64,000 nt of DNA from the IMG/VR virus record IMGVR_UViG_3300035520_000529, positions 1 through 64,000 of that record; one strand, 5' to 3'. Shown here piece by piece: positions 7,932-17,084 of this stretch (position 1 is the first letter of the stretch; the number at the start of each line of letters is the position of its first letter). Origin of the DNA: a virus. Lineage: Duplodnaviria > Caudoviricetes. Position numbers and translations under genes: made by a program. The notes below the pieces were generated by a model that worked only from the letters and a program-made list of their open reading frames with translations, searched no databases and was not told the origin of the DNA.

Positions 7932-7960
7932 ATTATATCACATTTTATCTCTTTTGTCAA
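7932..7960 (-). promoter_or_regulatory. Consensus sigma-A promoter firing into an ORF-free region
   Basis: Minus-strand TTGACA-17-TATAAT with TG extension. Confidence 0.75.
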
Positions 7961-8002
7961 GTCTTTTTTAAAAATATTTTTATAAAAAGTTAGAAAAATG
8001 TC

Positions 8003-8031
8003 TTGACTTTTTACCAAAAATATTTTAAAAT
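8003..8031 (+). promoter_or_regulatory. Sigma-A promoter for 8053 gene
   Basis: TTGACT-17-TAAAAT. Confidence 0.6.
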
Positions 8032-8052
8032 AAATAATAAAGGAGTGATTTT

Positions 8053-9945
8053 ATGAGTGATGTAATCGTTAATTTTGGTTCACATATAGTTCCATGTTCT
8101 AAGCTTGATGAAAACTTCTATTTGGGTAACATAAAGCTTAGAGATATTATCAAGTTAAAGACGTGTTTTCGTGATTTTAACAAGTATCCAATAAAAAAGA
8201 CTGAGGTTAAAACTCACTGTGAAAAGATACTTGAATGTGTAAAAAAAGGTACATTAAGACCTAATACTTTAAGCTTTCAAGCTTCCGAATTTTACTTCCA
8301 AGCTGAGAACGTTCTGCTCGTAAACAAGCTTGAGGTTGACTATCAAAAGTTGGTGCTTTTAAAAGTGTCTGAAGAGTGTGAATCCACACAAATATGTGTT
8401 CCCTTTGTATTAGAGTTGTATGATAAATCCAAAGCCTATGAGAGTATCGACAGTATCATAAATAGCAAAGATTTACAATTATTGAATGAAAAGACAACCA
8501 TGTTCAATGCCCTATTATCGAAGTCATACCTACTTACCGAATTTTACACTATGCTAAAAAACAGGTATGATTACAACATCGAAAACCAAGTAGTGGAAAT
8601 ATTGACATACTACCTCTCCCAGACAGATTTAACGAGAGAAACCCTTTATAACTACATAGATACGTTATTAGACAGTGAAACTTTCAAAGAGTATTTTTCA
8701 AATTGCAATCACTTAAACAATCCATCTATTACAAATTTGGAAAGTCTCACAAATAACGTAATTCTGTTTGTTTTTAAGTTTGTAGCTGTTAGCAAAGAAA
8801 ATTCAAAAAGCAACTTGGAGTTCATAACATCGCAGTTTATGGATGAAATCTTTAAAGAGGTTGACTATCCGAAGTCTAAAGTTGAAATTGCAAACATTGT
8901 GAAAGATATTTGCAATAACGAATCAGCGATTTTGAAAAGTTTAACAAATAAGAATCTCTATAACTCACACCAAAAAATCGAATTTATAGAAGACTCTTAT
9001 AGGCAAAATCCCGATAAGTTTTACAACTGCGTAATTGACCAAACTAAGTCCTTTGAGGAGATTTCTCGTCATGAAAAGAAACTCCAAAAGGATTTACTAG
9101 AGTTTTCTATTGAGGAGATTGTGGAACTCTTAAAGAACTTTAACTCTAGCATTACGATGGTTGCAAAGTACAAAACACTGATAAGAAAGTATTTTGAATG
9201 GGGTAAAAATCATAGGCTAATCGAACCCTCCAAGGTTATGGAACTTAATAATTTGAAAAAAGAAAAGTTTGTAAACTCACAAAATAGAAACGTTTGTAAG
9301 TTTTTCTTAACCGAAAATGACTACGCTTCAGCAATGGAGAGGATGTATCACCACTCGAACAACCTAAAAGTTAAGCAGTTTATAATTTCATTTTTCTTTA
9401 ATTCTGTTGGAATCTCTCAAGAGAACATCCGCACAGTTACGTTGTTTAACTATAAGGACATTCTAGAAAAAGGTCTCGCTTTGGAAATTAGAGGAGAAGT
9501 TTTTGAAATGAAAACCATTTTAAACTCTGCTTTGAGAATATGTGAATACTTTATTGAACATGACCGCAATGAGGACTATCGCATTAAGGATACCGACTTT
9601 TTGATATGTTCTCACGGAGTGAACAACAGCACAAAAAACACGCATTTTCCAAGCGTTTTGGTCGATTTAAACCAAAGCCACGTGATTCCTTACACAATCT
9701 CACCTAAAACGATAACTCCTAGTAACCTTGAACAATGTGTCAAATTCATCGCATTTGAGCAGTATCTAATCAAAAATAATTTGGATGTTCATTCCACAAA
9801 CAGTGATATTAGGCGAGAAATCTCTTTGACCTACAAAGAATTTTTTAATGTGAAAGAGTCCGTTTCAAACGCTTTAGTGTTCTCTGGGTACGTTAATGCG
9901 AGGTTTGTAAACGAGTTTCTCGATTTTAAAAATAGTGTTGATTAA
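8053..9945 (+). CDS. Putative lysogeny regulator: N-terminal YopQ/DndB-like domain fused to a YopR/MrpR-like degenerate recombinase fold
   Basis: N-term FYLG.I...DI...G.L.PNTLS; from aa ~302 LYN..QK.EF...E....KDL.EFS.EEI..LL..FN.S...Y...I.KYF.W; no catalytic RHRY. Confidence 0.5.
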   Translation: MSDVIVNFGSHIVPCSKLDENFYLGNIKLRDIIKLKTCFRDFNKYPIKKTEVKTHCEKILECVKKGTLRPNTLSFQASEFYFQAENVLLVNKLEVDYQKLVLLKVSEECESTQICVPFVLELYDKSKAYESIDSIINSKDLQLLNEKTTMFNALLSKSYLLTEFYTMLKNRYDYNIENQVVEILTYYLSQTDLTRETLYNYIDTLLDSETFKEYFSNCNHLNNPSITNLESLTNNVILFVFKFVAVSKENSKSNLEFITSQFMDEIFKEVDYPKSKVEIANIVKDICNNESAILKSLTNKNLYNSHQKIEFIEDSYRQNPDKFYNCVIDQTKSFEEISRHEKKLQKDLLEFSIEEIVELLKNFNSSITMVAKYKTLIRKYFEWGKNHRLIEPSKVMELNNLKKEKFVNSQNRNVCKFFLTENDYASAMERMYHHSNNLKVKQFIISFFFNSVGISQENIRTVTLFNYKDILEKGLALEIRGEVFEMKTILNSALRICEYFIEHDRNEDYRIKDTDFLICSHGVNNSTKNTHFPSVLVDLNQSHVIPYTISPKTITPSNLEQCVKFIAFEQYLIKNNLDVHSTNSDIRREISLTYKEFFNVKESVSNALVFSGYVNARFVNEFLDFKNSVD

Positions 9946-9991
9946 CCCCATCAAATATAGTATAATTATATTAAAACAAGGAGGAATGATT

Positions 9992-11566
9992 ATGGGAATA
10001 TATTTGAATCCAAACAATTCGGACTTTAAAGAGAGTCTAAACAGTGAAATCTACGTAGATAAGTCTATGCTTATCAGCAAAGTAAACAATATCATTGATA
10101 CTAAACAAAAATACGTTTGCATTAGCAGACCTAGACGTTTTGGAAAATCCATGACGTTAGAAATGCTCAACGCTTATTATAGCTCTGGTTGTGACTCTAA
10201 AGAACTATTCCAAGATTTGAAAATCTCTCAAGATGGTAGCTTTGAAAAACATTTAAATAAGTTTAACACCATTATGTTGAATGTTCAAGAATTTTATAGT
10301 GATAACAATAATTCCATCGATGAAATGATAGAAGATATTACAGAAACCCTAAAAACTGAAATGCTTAAACAGTATCCAAATCTTGACTACATTAGCAAAG
10401 ATAGGTTGGTTAGGGTAATGAATACTATATATACAGAAACTGGCACATCGTTTATCTTTCTCATTGACGAATGGGACTGTATTTTTAGAGTCAGCAAGAA
10501 TGACAGCAAGTCCCAAGAGAAGTATCTTGACTTCCTTAGAAACCTCTTAAAGGATAAAAAGTACGTATCTTTGGCTTATATGACTGGTATACTTCCCATC
10601 AAAAAGTATGGTGTACACTCAGCTTTGAATATGTTTACTGAGGTATCTATGACTGATGTTAGAGAGTTTGCGGAATACACTGGCTTTACTGAAGATGAAG
10701 TTAAGGAACTTTGTAATCGCTACAGTATGAGTTTTGAAGACACTAAAAAGTGGTATAATGGTTATAATTTGGAGGGTGTTGCTATATATAATCCTCGTTC
10801 GGTAGTTATGTCAATGACTGGCAGAAAGTTCAATAGCTATTGGACTCAAACAGAAACCTACGAAGCTCTAAAGGTCTATATATCCATGAACTTTGAGGGT
10901 TTGCGTGACGTAATCGTTCAGCTTATAGCAGGTGGAACTTACAAAATTGATACTGGAACGTTCTCCAACGATATGACTACCTTTAACCGCTTAGATGACG
11001 TACTTACGTTGTTAGTGCATTTGGGATACCTATCCTATAACTTTGATACCCAAGAAGTTAGGATTCCTAACTACGAAATCTCTAAGGAGTTTGTGAACGT
11101 AATCGAAATTTCAAAATGGAATGAGACTATCAAGGCTATTAAGCAATCCATGGATTTGCTAGAAGATACGTGGCTTTTGAAAGAGAATAAAGTCGCAAAG
11201 GCTATTGAAGACGTGCACCAAGAGAACACTTCCATAATTAAGTATAATAACGAAAACTCACTATCCTGCGTGGTTTCGTTGGCATACTACAGTGCTAAGG
11301 AATACTACAGTGTAATCCGAGAGCTTCCAACGGGTAAGGGTTTCGCTGACATCGTTATGATACCTCACAAGAACCACCTCGACAAACCTGCTATGGTGAT
11401 TGAATTAAAGTTTGACAAGAACGTAGATACGGCAATCAAGCAGATTTTGAGGAAAGAGTACACGCAATCACTTAAAAACTATAAAGGTGACATCTTGTTG
11501 GTTGGTATTAACTACAATAAAATCACTAAAGCACACACTTGCAAGATTATCAAGGTTACTAAGTAG
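9992..11566 (+). CDS. AAA-ATPase-like + PD-(D/E)XK nuclease protein (DUF1703/PDDEXK_9 type)
   Basis: RPRRFGKS, IDEWD, RELPTGKGFADI...IELK; own promoter TTGATT-17-TATAAT at 9938-9966. Confidence 0.88.
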   Translation: MGIYLNPNNSDFKESLNSEIYVDKSMLISKVNNIIDTKQKYVCISRPRRFGKSMTLEMLNAYYSSGCDSKELFQDLKISQDGSFEKHLNKFNTIMLNVQEFYSDNNNSIDEMIEDITETLKTEMLKQYPNLDYISKDRLVRVMNTIYTETGTSFIFLIDEWDCIFRVSKNDSKSQEKYLDFLRNLLKDKKYVSLAYMTGILPIKKYGVHSALNMFTEVSMTDVREFAEYTGFTEDEVKELCNRYSMSFEDTKKWYNGYNLEGVAIYNPRSVVMSMTGRKFNSYWTQTETYEALKVYISMNFEGLRDVIVQLIAGGTYKIDTGTFSNDMTTFNRLDDVLTLLVHLGYLSYNFDTQEVRIPNYEISKEFVNVIEISKWNETIKAIKQSMDLLEDTWLLKENKVAKAIEDVHQENTSIIKYNNENSLSCVVSLAYYSAKEYYSVIRELPTGKGFADIVMIPHKNHLDKPAMVIELKFDKNVDTAIKQILRKEYTQSLKNYKGDILLVGINYNKITKAHTCKIIKVTK

Positions 11567-11583
11567 GATTTAATTGTCAAATA

Positions 11584-12147
11584 TTAGTTACTTTCTATAA
11601 AACCTTTGAACTGTGCAAAGACTTCTTGCTCTAGTGGACTCGTAAGAAACTTGTTTCTATTGTACAATTCTTTCATGCGTTTGGCACGTTTTTTAGCTGA
11701 TTTTAGTGAAATGTTACAAGTCAAAGATATGTCTTGTGGTGAATGTAAATCTAATCCCCAAAGTACACAAGCTGGTGACAACAAGTTAATTGCAAATCGT
11801 TCGGCTTGATACTCCTGTAAGGCTGTGAATGAGAACTCAGACTGTTCTCTCATCAGCAATGGAGTTTCGAAAATGTGTTCCAAAGCTACGTGACCTATCT
11901 CATGAGCAATAGTGTAACGCTGTCTTTCAATCGACACAGTTCTGTCGATAATAGCGTATAGCTCTCCATCGATTTTAGCAACGCAACCCAACTGGTTATC
12001 TCGTAGTAGATTAACGTTTGTATTATCCTTTATTTGGATACCATAGTGCGTGGCAATAGGACTTAGCTTCACTGGTAAGCTAGTAACATTGCATTCCAAA
12101 AGGCATTCCCACGCTTTGTCACGTGCTTTTTTGTAAACATCATACAC
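11584..12147 (-). CDS. ImmA/IrrE family metalloprotease
   Basis: RQRYTIAHEIGH, EYQAERFA; GTG start at 12147 after GAGGTG. Confidence 0.9.
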   Translation of the reverse strand: MYDVYKKARDKAWECLLECNVTSLPVKLSPIATHYGIQIKDNTNVNLLRDNQLGCVAKIDGELYAIIDRTVSIERQRYTIAHEIGHVALEHIFETPLLMREQSEFSFTALQEYQAERFAINLLSPACVLWGLDLHSPQDISLTCNISLKSAKKRAKRMKELYNRNKFLTSPLEQEVFAQFKGFIESN

Positions 12148-12199
12148 AATAATCACCTCATGAGTAGTATGCCCCATGAGGTGATTATTATTATATCTT

Positions 12200-12643
12200 T
12201 TACAGCTCATCGTCTTCAACATTAGGTGCGTTTAAAATTTTTTGAACAGTTTCTCTCGTAATTGTCTTCACTGGATTTCCATCACTTGCAACCATTTCAA
12301 CAATGTAATTATCCTTGGAGTTAACTTTTTGATTTTCTTCAATCATGTCTTCTGCTCTAACAATCAACTTACACTGTTGATGAGGAGTCAATTGTCGAAA
12401 ATTATCAAGCATATCCTTTTCGCTTTCAGTCAAATTTTGAGTATCAGTATTGTTTAAAGTTTCACGTCCCAGAAGATAGTCTGTACTTACTTGAAAATAA
12501 TCAGCAATTTTAGACAATGCCATTGGATTTATATTTCCTTTTTTCCATGTGTTTAGATTACCGCTACTTCCGGTTATCTCTAAACATAAACTCGTTATAG
12601 ATATGCCTTTTTTCTTACACAATTCTAATAATAATTTATACAT
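12200..12643 (-). CDS. XRE-family HTH repressor (ImmR-like)
   Basis: WKKG..P..L.KIADYFQVSTDYLLG; directly upstream of immA. Confidence 0.88.
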   Translation of the reverse strand: MYKLLLELCKKKGISITSLCLEITGSSGNLNTWKKGNINPMALSKIADYFQVSTDYLLGRETLNNTDTQNLTESEKDMLDNFRQLTPHQQCKLIVRAEDMIEENQKVNSKDNYIVEMVASDGNPVKTITRETVQKILNAPNVEDDEL

Positions 12644-12706
12644 ACAAATTCCTCCTTTTTAAATACTTAATACCAAATATTAGACCAGTTTTTGTAGATA
12701 TTTAAC

Positions 12707-12816
12707 AAAATTCAAATTTTTGTATTGACAAATGCAAATTTTTGAATTATAATAAACTTGTGACTTACAAGTCATATTCATAACCAAAGTATAGCATATC
12801 TATACTAAAAAGTCAA
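12707..12816. promoter_or_regulatory. Face-to-face promoter switch 1 with repeated CAAATTTTTG operators
   Basis: + TTGACA(12725)-17-TATAAT(12748); - TTGACT(12816)-17-TATACT(12793). Confidence 0.7.
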
Positions 12817-12832
12817 TAGAAAGGGTAAAAGC

Positions 12833-13051
12833 ATGAAAGTTGATAACAACATTAAGAAACACAGAGTTTCTAAAAATCTTTCGCAGAAAGACCTAGCAAA
12901 CATGGTCGGTGTTGACCGCAGTTTCATAACTAGGGTTGAATCTGGCGAAAGGCAACTATCAGTTGCAAGGCTAATCCAAATTGCGGACATCTTAGAATGC
13001 TCCTTGGATGAACTGACTGGCAGAAATATTGACAATATAAAATCGACATAA
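12833..13051 (+). CDS. Cro-like XRE HTH protein
   Basis: LSQKDLANMVGVDRSFITRVESG. Confidence 0.88.
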   Translation: MKVDNNIKKHRVSKNLSQKDLANMVGVDRSFITRVESGERQLSVARLIQIADILECSLDELTGRNIDNIKST

Positions 13052-13202
13052 TATAATTCATCATTACGAAAAATCGCACACTTAATATTAATAATATTTT
13101 CACTACTATATTTAGGTTGTAATCAAAGCTACACATAGACAAATTATTAACCATCGCACTCTAGAAAAAATATGTGATAGAACAATAATAAACTAGGTAA
13201 CT

Positions 13203-13241
13203 AGGCTATTCCAACCTTGTATGGTAGGAGTAGCTTTTTTT
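13203..13241 (+). terminator. Intrinsic terminator
   Basis: AGGCTATTCC...GGAGTAGCTT followed by a T-run. Confidence 0.7.
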
Positions 13242-13256
13242 CGTACGCACAACTTA

Positions 13257-13357
13257 ATAATTGGAAACCAACTGGGAAATATTCAACATAGTAAATTTTT
13301 TATTGTGAATTATTTTGTAAGAAATCTATTGACACGCTTTATAATTTATGATATAAT
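13257..13357 (+). promoter_or_regulatory. 46-bp repeated box plus sigma-A promoter, copy 1
   Basis: 13257-13302 identical to 32764-32809; TTGACA(13329)-17-TATAAT. Confidence 0.85.
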
Positions 13358-13413
13358 TATAACATAAGAAGTAAGGGAAAATCACAACCAAACTTAGAAA
13401 GGAAGTTTTAATT

Positions 13414-14193
13414 ATGAATGAAATCATTATCAACAACAACGGAGGTACACTAACTGTATCCAGTATGCAAGTGGCAGAAAACTTTGAGAAAGACCATAAG
13501 AATATTCTAAGAGATATTGAGGAACTCAAAAAGGGTTGGCTCAAAATTGAGCAGACCCCCCAAGAACCACACAATATCGAAAGATTCTTCATCGAAAGCA
13601 CTTATGTACATCCACAAAATAAGCAGACCTACAAATGCTACGAACTAACTCGTGATGGCTTTAGCCTACTAGTAATGGGCTTCACTGGTAAAAAAGCACT
13701 AGAATGGAAACTAAAGTACATAGAAGCTTTCAACCTCATGGAGCAGAAACTCAAAGAGCAAAGCACAAAGATAGATAGCTACATGATTAATGACCCAATC
13801 CAAAGGGCAAATCGTTGGATTGAGGAGTATCAAGAAAAGGTAGCCTTACAAGAAAAGGTCACAGAACAAGCACCTAAAGTCGAGTACCATGATAAGGTTC
13901 TAAATCAAGCAAACCTCATAACACCAACAACTATTGCCAAAGACATGGGTTTAAAATCAGCAAGTGAACTTAACAAACTCTTACATAACAAAGGAGTAAT
14001 CTATAAGCAAGGCAACGTATGGCATCCATATGCACAGTACGAATGGTTACTCACCGAAAACTACATAGATTATAAATCCTACGATGATAAAGAGGTTGCT
14101 CCACAGTTACGTTGGACTGAAAAAGGTCGCAAATGGTTAATGGAAAATTTTTTAAACGAATATCGCTATAGTCAATTAGCATTTGGAGTTTAA
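13414..14193 (+). CDS. Rha-family antirepressor with KilA-C/ANT domain
   Basis: VSS..VAENFEK.HKNILRDI, TRDGFSLLVMGFTG; C-term PKVEYHD.VL...T.IAKD.G. Confidence 0.9.
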   Translation: MNEIIINNNGGTLTVSSMQVAENFEKDHKNILRDIEELKKGWLKIEQTPQEPHNIERFFIESTYVHPQNKQTYKCYELTRDGFSLLVMGFTGKKALEWKLKYIEAFNLMEQKLKEQSTKIDSYMINDPIQRANRWIEEYQEKVALQEKVTEQAPKVEYHDKVLNQANLITPTTIAKDMGLKSASELNKLLHNKGVIYKQGNVWHPYAQYEWLLTENYIDYKSYDDKEVAPQLRWTEKGRKWLMENFLNEYRYSQLAFGV

Positions 14194-14216
14194 GTTTTAG
14201 AAAGGAAGTTTTAATT

Positions 14217-15008
14217 ATGAATGAGTACATGAATGATTACAAAGTGTTAGTAAAAATTGACTACACAAAAGAAAACCCTACTGTTATGGGCAGAGAACTA
14301 CATACCGCACTAGAGATTAAGACAGCTTACAAGGACTGGTTTCCTAGAATGATAGCCTATGGATTCACTGAAAATGTGGACTATCAAGTAAGGCTCATTT
14401 TTGAGCCTAACTCAAATGGCGGAAAACAAAGCTACACAGACCACGAAATAACCCTAGACATGGCTAAGGAAATCTGTATGCTTCAACGTTCAGAAAAAGG
14501 AAAACAGTTCCGCCAATACTTTATCGAGGTTGAAAAACAGTGGAGAGCTTCTACAAAAATAGATGAGAGAACCTTAGCAATCTCAAAGATTATCAACGCT
14601 AAGAATGAACTAGAACAAGCTTATGCTTTGAGAGATTATACTGCTTTGGTTGAAAAACCACTCTTAAAAACTATCGAAGAACAAACACCTAAGGTTGAGT
14701 ATCATGACAACGTGTTAAACACTCCAAACCTCATAACACCAACAACTATAGCTAAGGATATGGGTTTAAAGTCAGCAAACGAACTTAATAAGATTTTGTA
14801 TGCTAAAGGAGTAATCTATAAGCAAGGTAACGTATGGCATCCATATTCCAACTATGAATGGTTATTAACTGAAAAGTATATGGACTACAAGTCTTATGAC
14901 GAGCAGAACGTTCCACCTCAACTTAGATGGACTGAAAAGGGTCGCAAGTGGTTAATGGAAGATTTTCTACTTGAATACAATAAAAGCCAATTAGCATTTG
15001 GAGTTTAG
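14217..15008 (+). CDS. AntA/AntB antirepressor with KilA-C/ANT domain
   Basis: GRELH..LEIKT.YKDWF, TLDMAKEICM..RSEKG; same C-terminal domain as 13414 gene. Confidence 0.9.
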   Translation: MNEYMNDYKVLVKIDYTKENPTVMGRELHTALEIKTAYKDWFPRMIAYGFTENVDYQVRLIFEPNSNGGKQSYTDHEITLDMAKEICMLQRSEKGKQFRQYFIEVEKQWRASTKIDERTLAISKIINAKNELEQAYALRDYTALVEKPLLKTIEEQTPKVEYHDNVLNTPNLITPTTIAKDMGLKSANELNKILYAKGVIYKQGNVWHPYSNYEWLLTEKYMDYKSYDEQNVPPQLRWTEKGRKWLMEDFLLEYNKSQLAFGV

Positions 15009-15041
15009 AAAACATTGAGAATTTTTTTCTTAAACGAAAAA

Positions 15042-15061
15042 TTCCCACTATAAAGTGGGAA
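15042..15061. terminator. Hairpin between convergent genes
   Basis: TTCCCACT/AGTGGGAA. Confidence 0.55.
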
Positions 15062-15394
15062 CTAAGATTCTTTATTTTTCATCTCATCAAGAGCAAGTAT
15101 AATTTTAGCACGTTCAACCAAAGGCAAATTGTTTATCAAGTTTAACAATTCTTCATCGTCTTTTGCTATCACCTTTGACTTTGTGGTTATTAAGTTTGGT
15201 TCATCGGTTCTTCCTAGTAGATAATCTACGGAGCAGTTAAATCGTTCAGCTAACTTTAGTAAAGTCTCTCCGTTAGGAATAGCACCATTTTTCCACTTAG
15301 TACAAGTAGCACTTGATATTCCTATTTCTTTTGCAATGGTATTAGGTTTTGTGTGATTTTTCTCACAAAGCTTATAGAACGTGTTCCAAAACAT
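15062..15394 (-). CDS. XRE-family HTH repressor 2
   Basis: AKEIGIS....KWKNG..P....L.KLA..FNCSVDYLLG; ATG 15394 after AAAGGAGG. Confidence 0.88.
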   Translation of the reverse strand: MFWNTFYKLCEKNHTKPNTIAKEIGISSATCTKWKNGAIPNGETLLKLAERFNCSVDYLLGRTDEPNLITTKSKVIAKDDEELLNLINNLPLVERAKIILALDEMKNKES

Positions 15395-15491
15395 AGTAAT
15401 GCCTCCTTTGGTTATAACATACAATTATTTTAACTGAATATGGTATTTATACAGTTGAATAAACAAACTTACTAAAATTAGATTTTTAATA

Positions 15492-15586
15492 TTGACTTTC
15501 TAATTAAAGTAAGATATAATGTAACCATATCAAAGAAATGAATCATTTCACACATATATTATAACATAAAATCGTTGAAAAGTCAA
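15492..15586. promoter_or_regulatory. Face-to-face promoter switch 2
   Basis: + TTGACT(15492)-17-TATAAT; - TTGACT(15586)-17-TATAAT(15563). Confidence 0.7.
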
Positions 15587-15648
15587 CAAAGGCTAAAAAA
15601 ATAGCCTTAAAATATATTTATCTTAAACTCAGAAAGGAAGTTTTGATT

Positions 15649-16413
15649 ATGAATGAATTAACAGTAATTGAAAAGAACAACGAGAGGGTGCTATTAACCT
15701 CTCAAATAGCTGAAAGCTATGGCACTACACCTAAGGTTATATCTTATAACTTTAACAGCAATAAGCAAAGATACGTGGAGGGTAAACACTATTATTGCCT
15801 TGAAAATGAGGAAAAGCGTGAGTTTTGTAACCGTCTTGAAATTCAAGATGGTGCAAAAGCTAGTAAACTTTACCTTTGGACTGAAAAGGGAGCATTGCTT
15901 CACGCTAAAAGTCTAGGCACTGATAAGGCATGGGAAGTCTACGAATGCTTAGTAGATAGTTATTTCCAAAAGGAAACTAGAAAGTCTATGTCCGAATTAG
16001 AAATGTTAGCTAAGGTTGTGAACGAAGCAATCAAGCTTGAAAAGAGAGTTGACCTCCTTGAGAGCAACCAAAAACAAGCCACTCAAAAAATTGATAAAGC
16101 AATAGACGTTTTCTCATCTCCTACTGAATCCGCATGGCATGATGGAATCATTAAGCAATTCAAAAAGATTTGCTACAACAATGACTTGAACTATCGTACC
16201 GAGTTAAATAACTTATACGCTGAACTTGAAACTCAACTAGGTTGTGACTTAGCGATCCGCCAACGCAACAAGGAAAAGCGTTTGAAACTAGCTGGTTGCA
16301 CAGTTAAACAAATCAAGGATAATACTACCAAAATCATGCTAATAGAAGACGATGACTCTCTAAGACTTGCCTTTGAAAACATCTTTAGAAAGTTCCAAGT
16401 TAGGTATATTTAG
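15649..16413 (+). CDS. ORF6N-domain antirepressor
   Basis: RVLLT.QIAE.YG, EGKHY, LYLWTEKGA..HAKSL.TD.AW. Confidence 0.88.
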   Translation: MNELTVIEKNNERVLLTSQIAESYGTTPKVISYNFNSNKQRYVEGKHYYCLENEEKREFCNRLEIQDGAKASKLYLWTEKGALLHAKSLGTDKAWEVYECLVDSYFQKETRKSMSELEMLAKVVNEAIKLEKRVDLLESNQKQATQKIDKAIDVFSSPTESAWHDGIIKQFKKICYNNDLNYRTELNNLYAELETQLGCDLAIRQRNKEKRLKLAGCTVKQIKDNTTKIMLIEDDDSLRLAFENIFRKFQVRYI

Positions 16414-16752
16414 GAATTAAAAGGGATTGAAATATCCATATACTGTAATAATTATGAACTATAGTTTACAATTCAATTACAGTTCGGAAACATATGCATA
16501 AAGACATACATAAAAACTACGTTTTTACCCACCTTACGAGAGGACTTTTTTAGAGCAACCCAAAAATTGGGGTTAAAATTAGAAGTGGTTTTTAGAAATA
16601 TTAAAGCTTATCCCAGAGACGTACGTTTGCACAAACTTGCAAGACACTTTTTCACAACCCTTTTTACTCTAGATAATGGCAACTAAAAGTTGAAATCCCT
16701 CTCCATTTTCTAGTTAACATAGATGATAAAACACATAGAAAGGACGTTTTTT

Positions 16753-17064
16753 ATGAAAAGTAGAATTACTGAACATTCAAAAAAAGAGATGCTCAAAAAA
16801 TTAATTCACAACCAAACACAAGGTTTAGCCAATAAGCAATACGTTTTAGGTTTATACTTTGGAAATACCGCTAGTGCGTTGGTTGTGCGTGAAAAGTTTG
16901 AGAAGTACAAAATATCTTTACAAGAAAAAGACAAGCTAGAAAAATTACAGAACCTATCAATTGAGGACAAAAATGCGTTATTAATTGATATTTTACAGTT
17001 TGTAGAAAAGACCCTATCAATCAAGCAAGAAGAATATTTAGAGCAAGTATATGCTCAAAAGTAA
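16753..17064 (+). CDS. Hypothetical protein
   Basis: GAAAGGA RBS before ATG 16753. Confidence 0.6.
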   Translation: MKSRITEHSKKEMLKKLIHNQTQGLANKQYVLGLYFGNTASALVVREKFEKYKISLQEKDKLEKLQNLSIEDKNALLIDILQFVEKTLSIKQEEYLEQVYAQK

Positions 17065-17084
17065 GAAAGTCGAGGTATATTTTT

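Noticed and set aside
7766-8017. 83-aa minus-strand ORF
   Set aside because: Runs through two promoters; no RBS; first internal ATG overlaps the -10 box
13101-13120. NrdR-box-like CACTACTATATTTAGG
   Set aside because: Single imperfect copy, far from nrd genes
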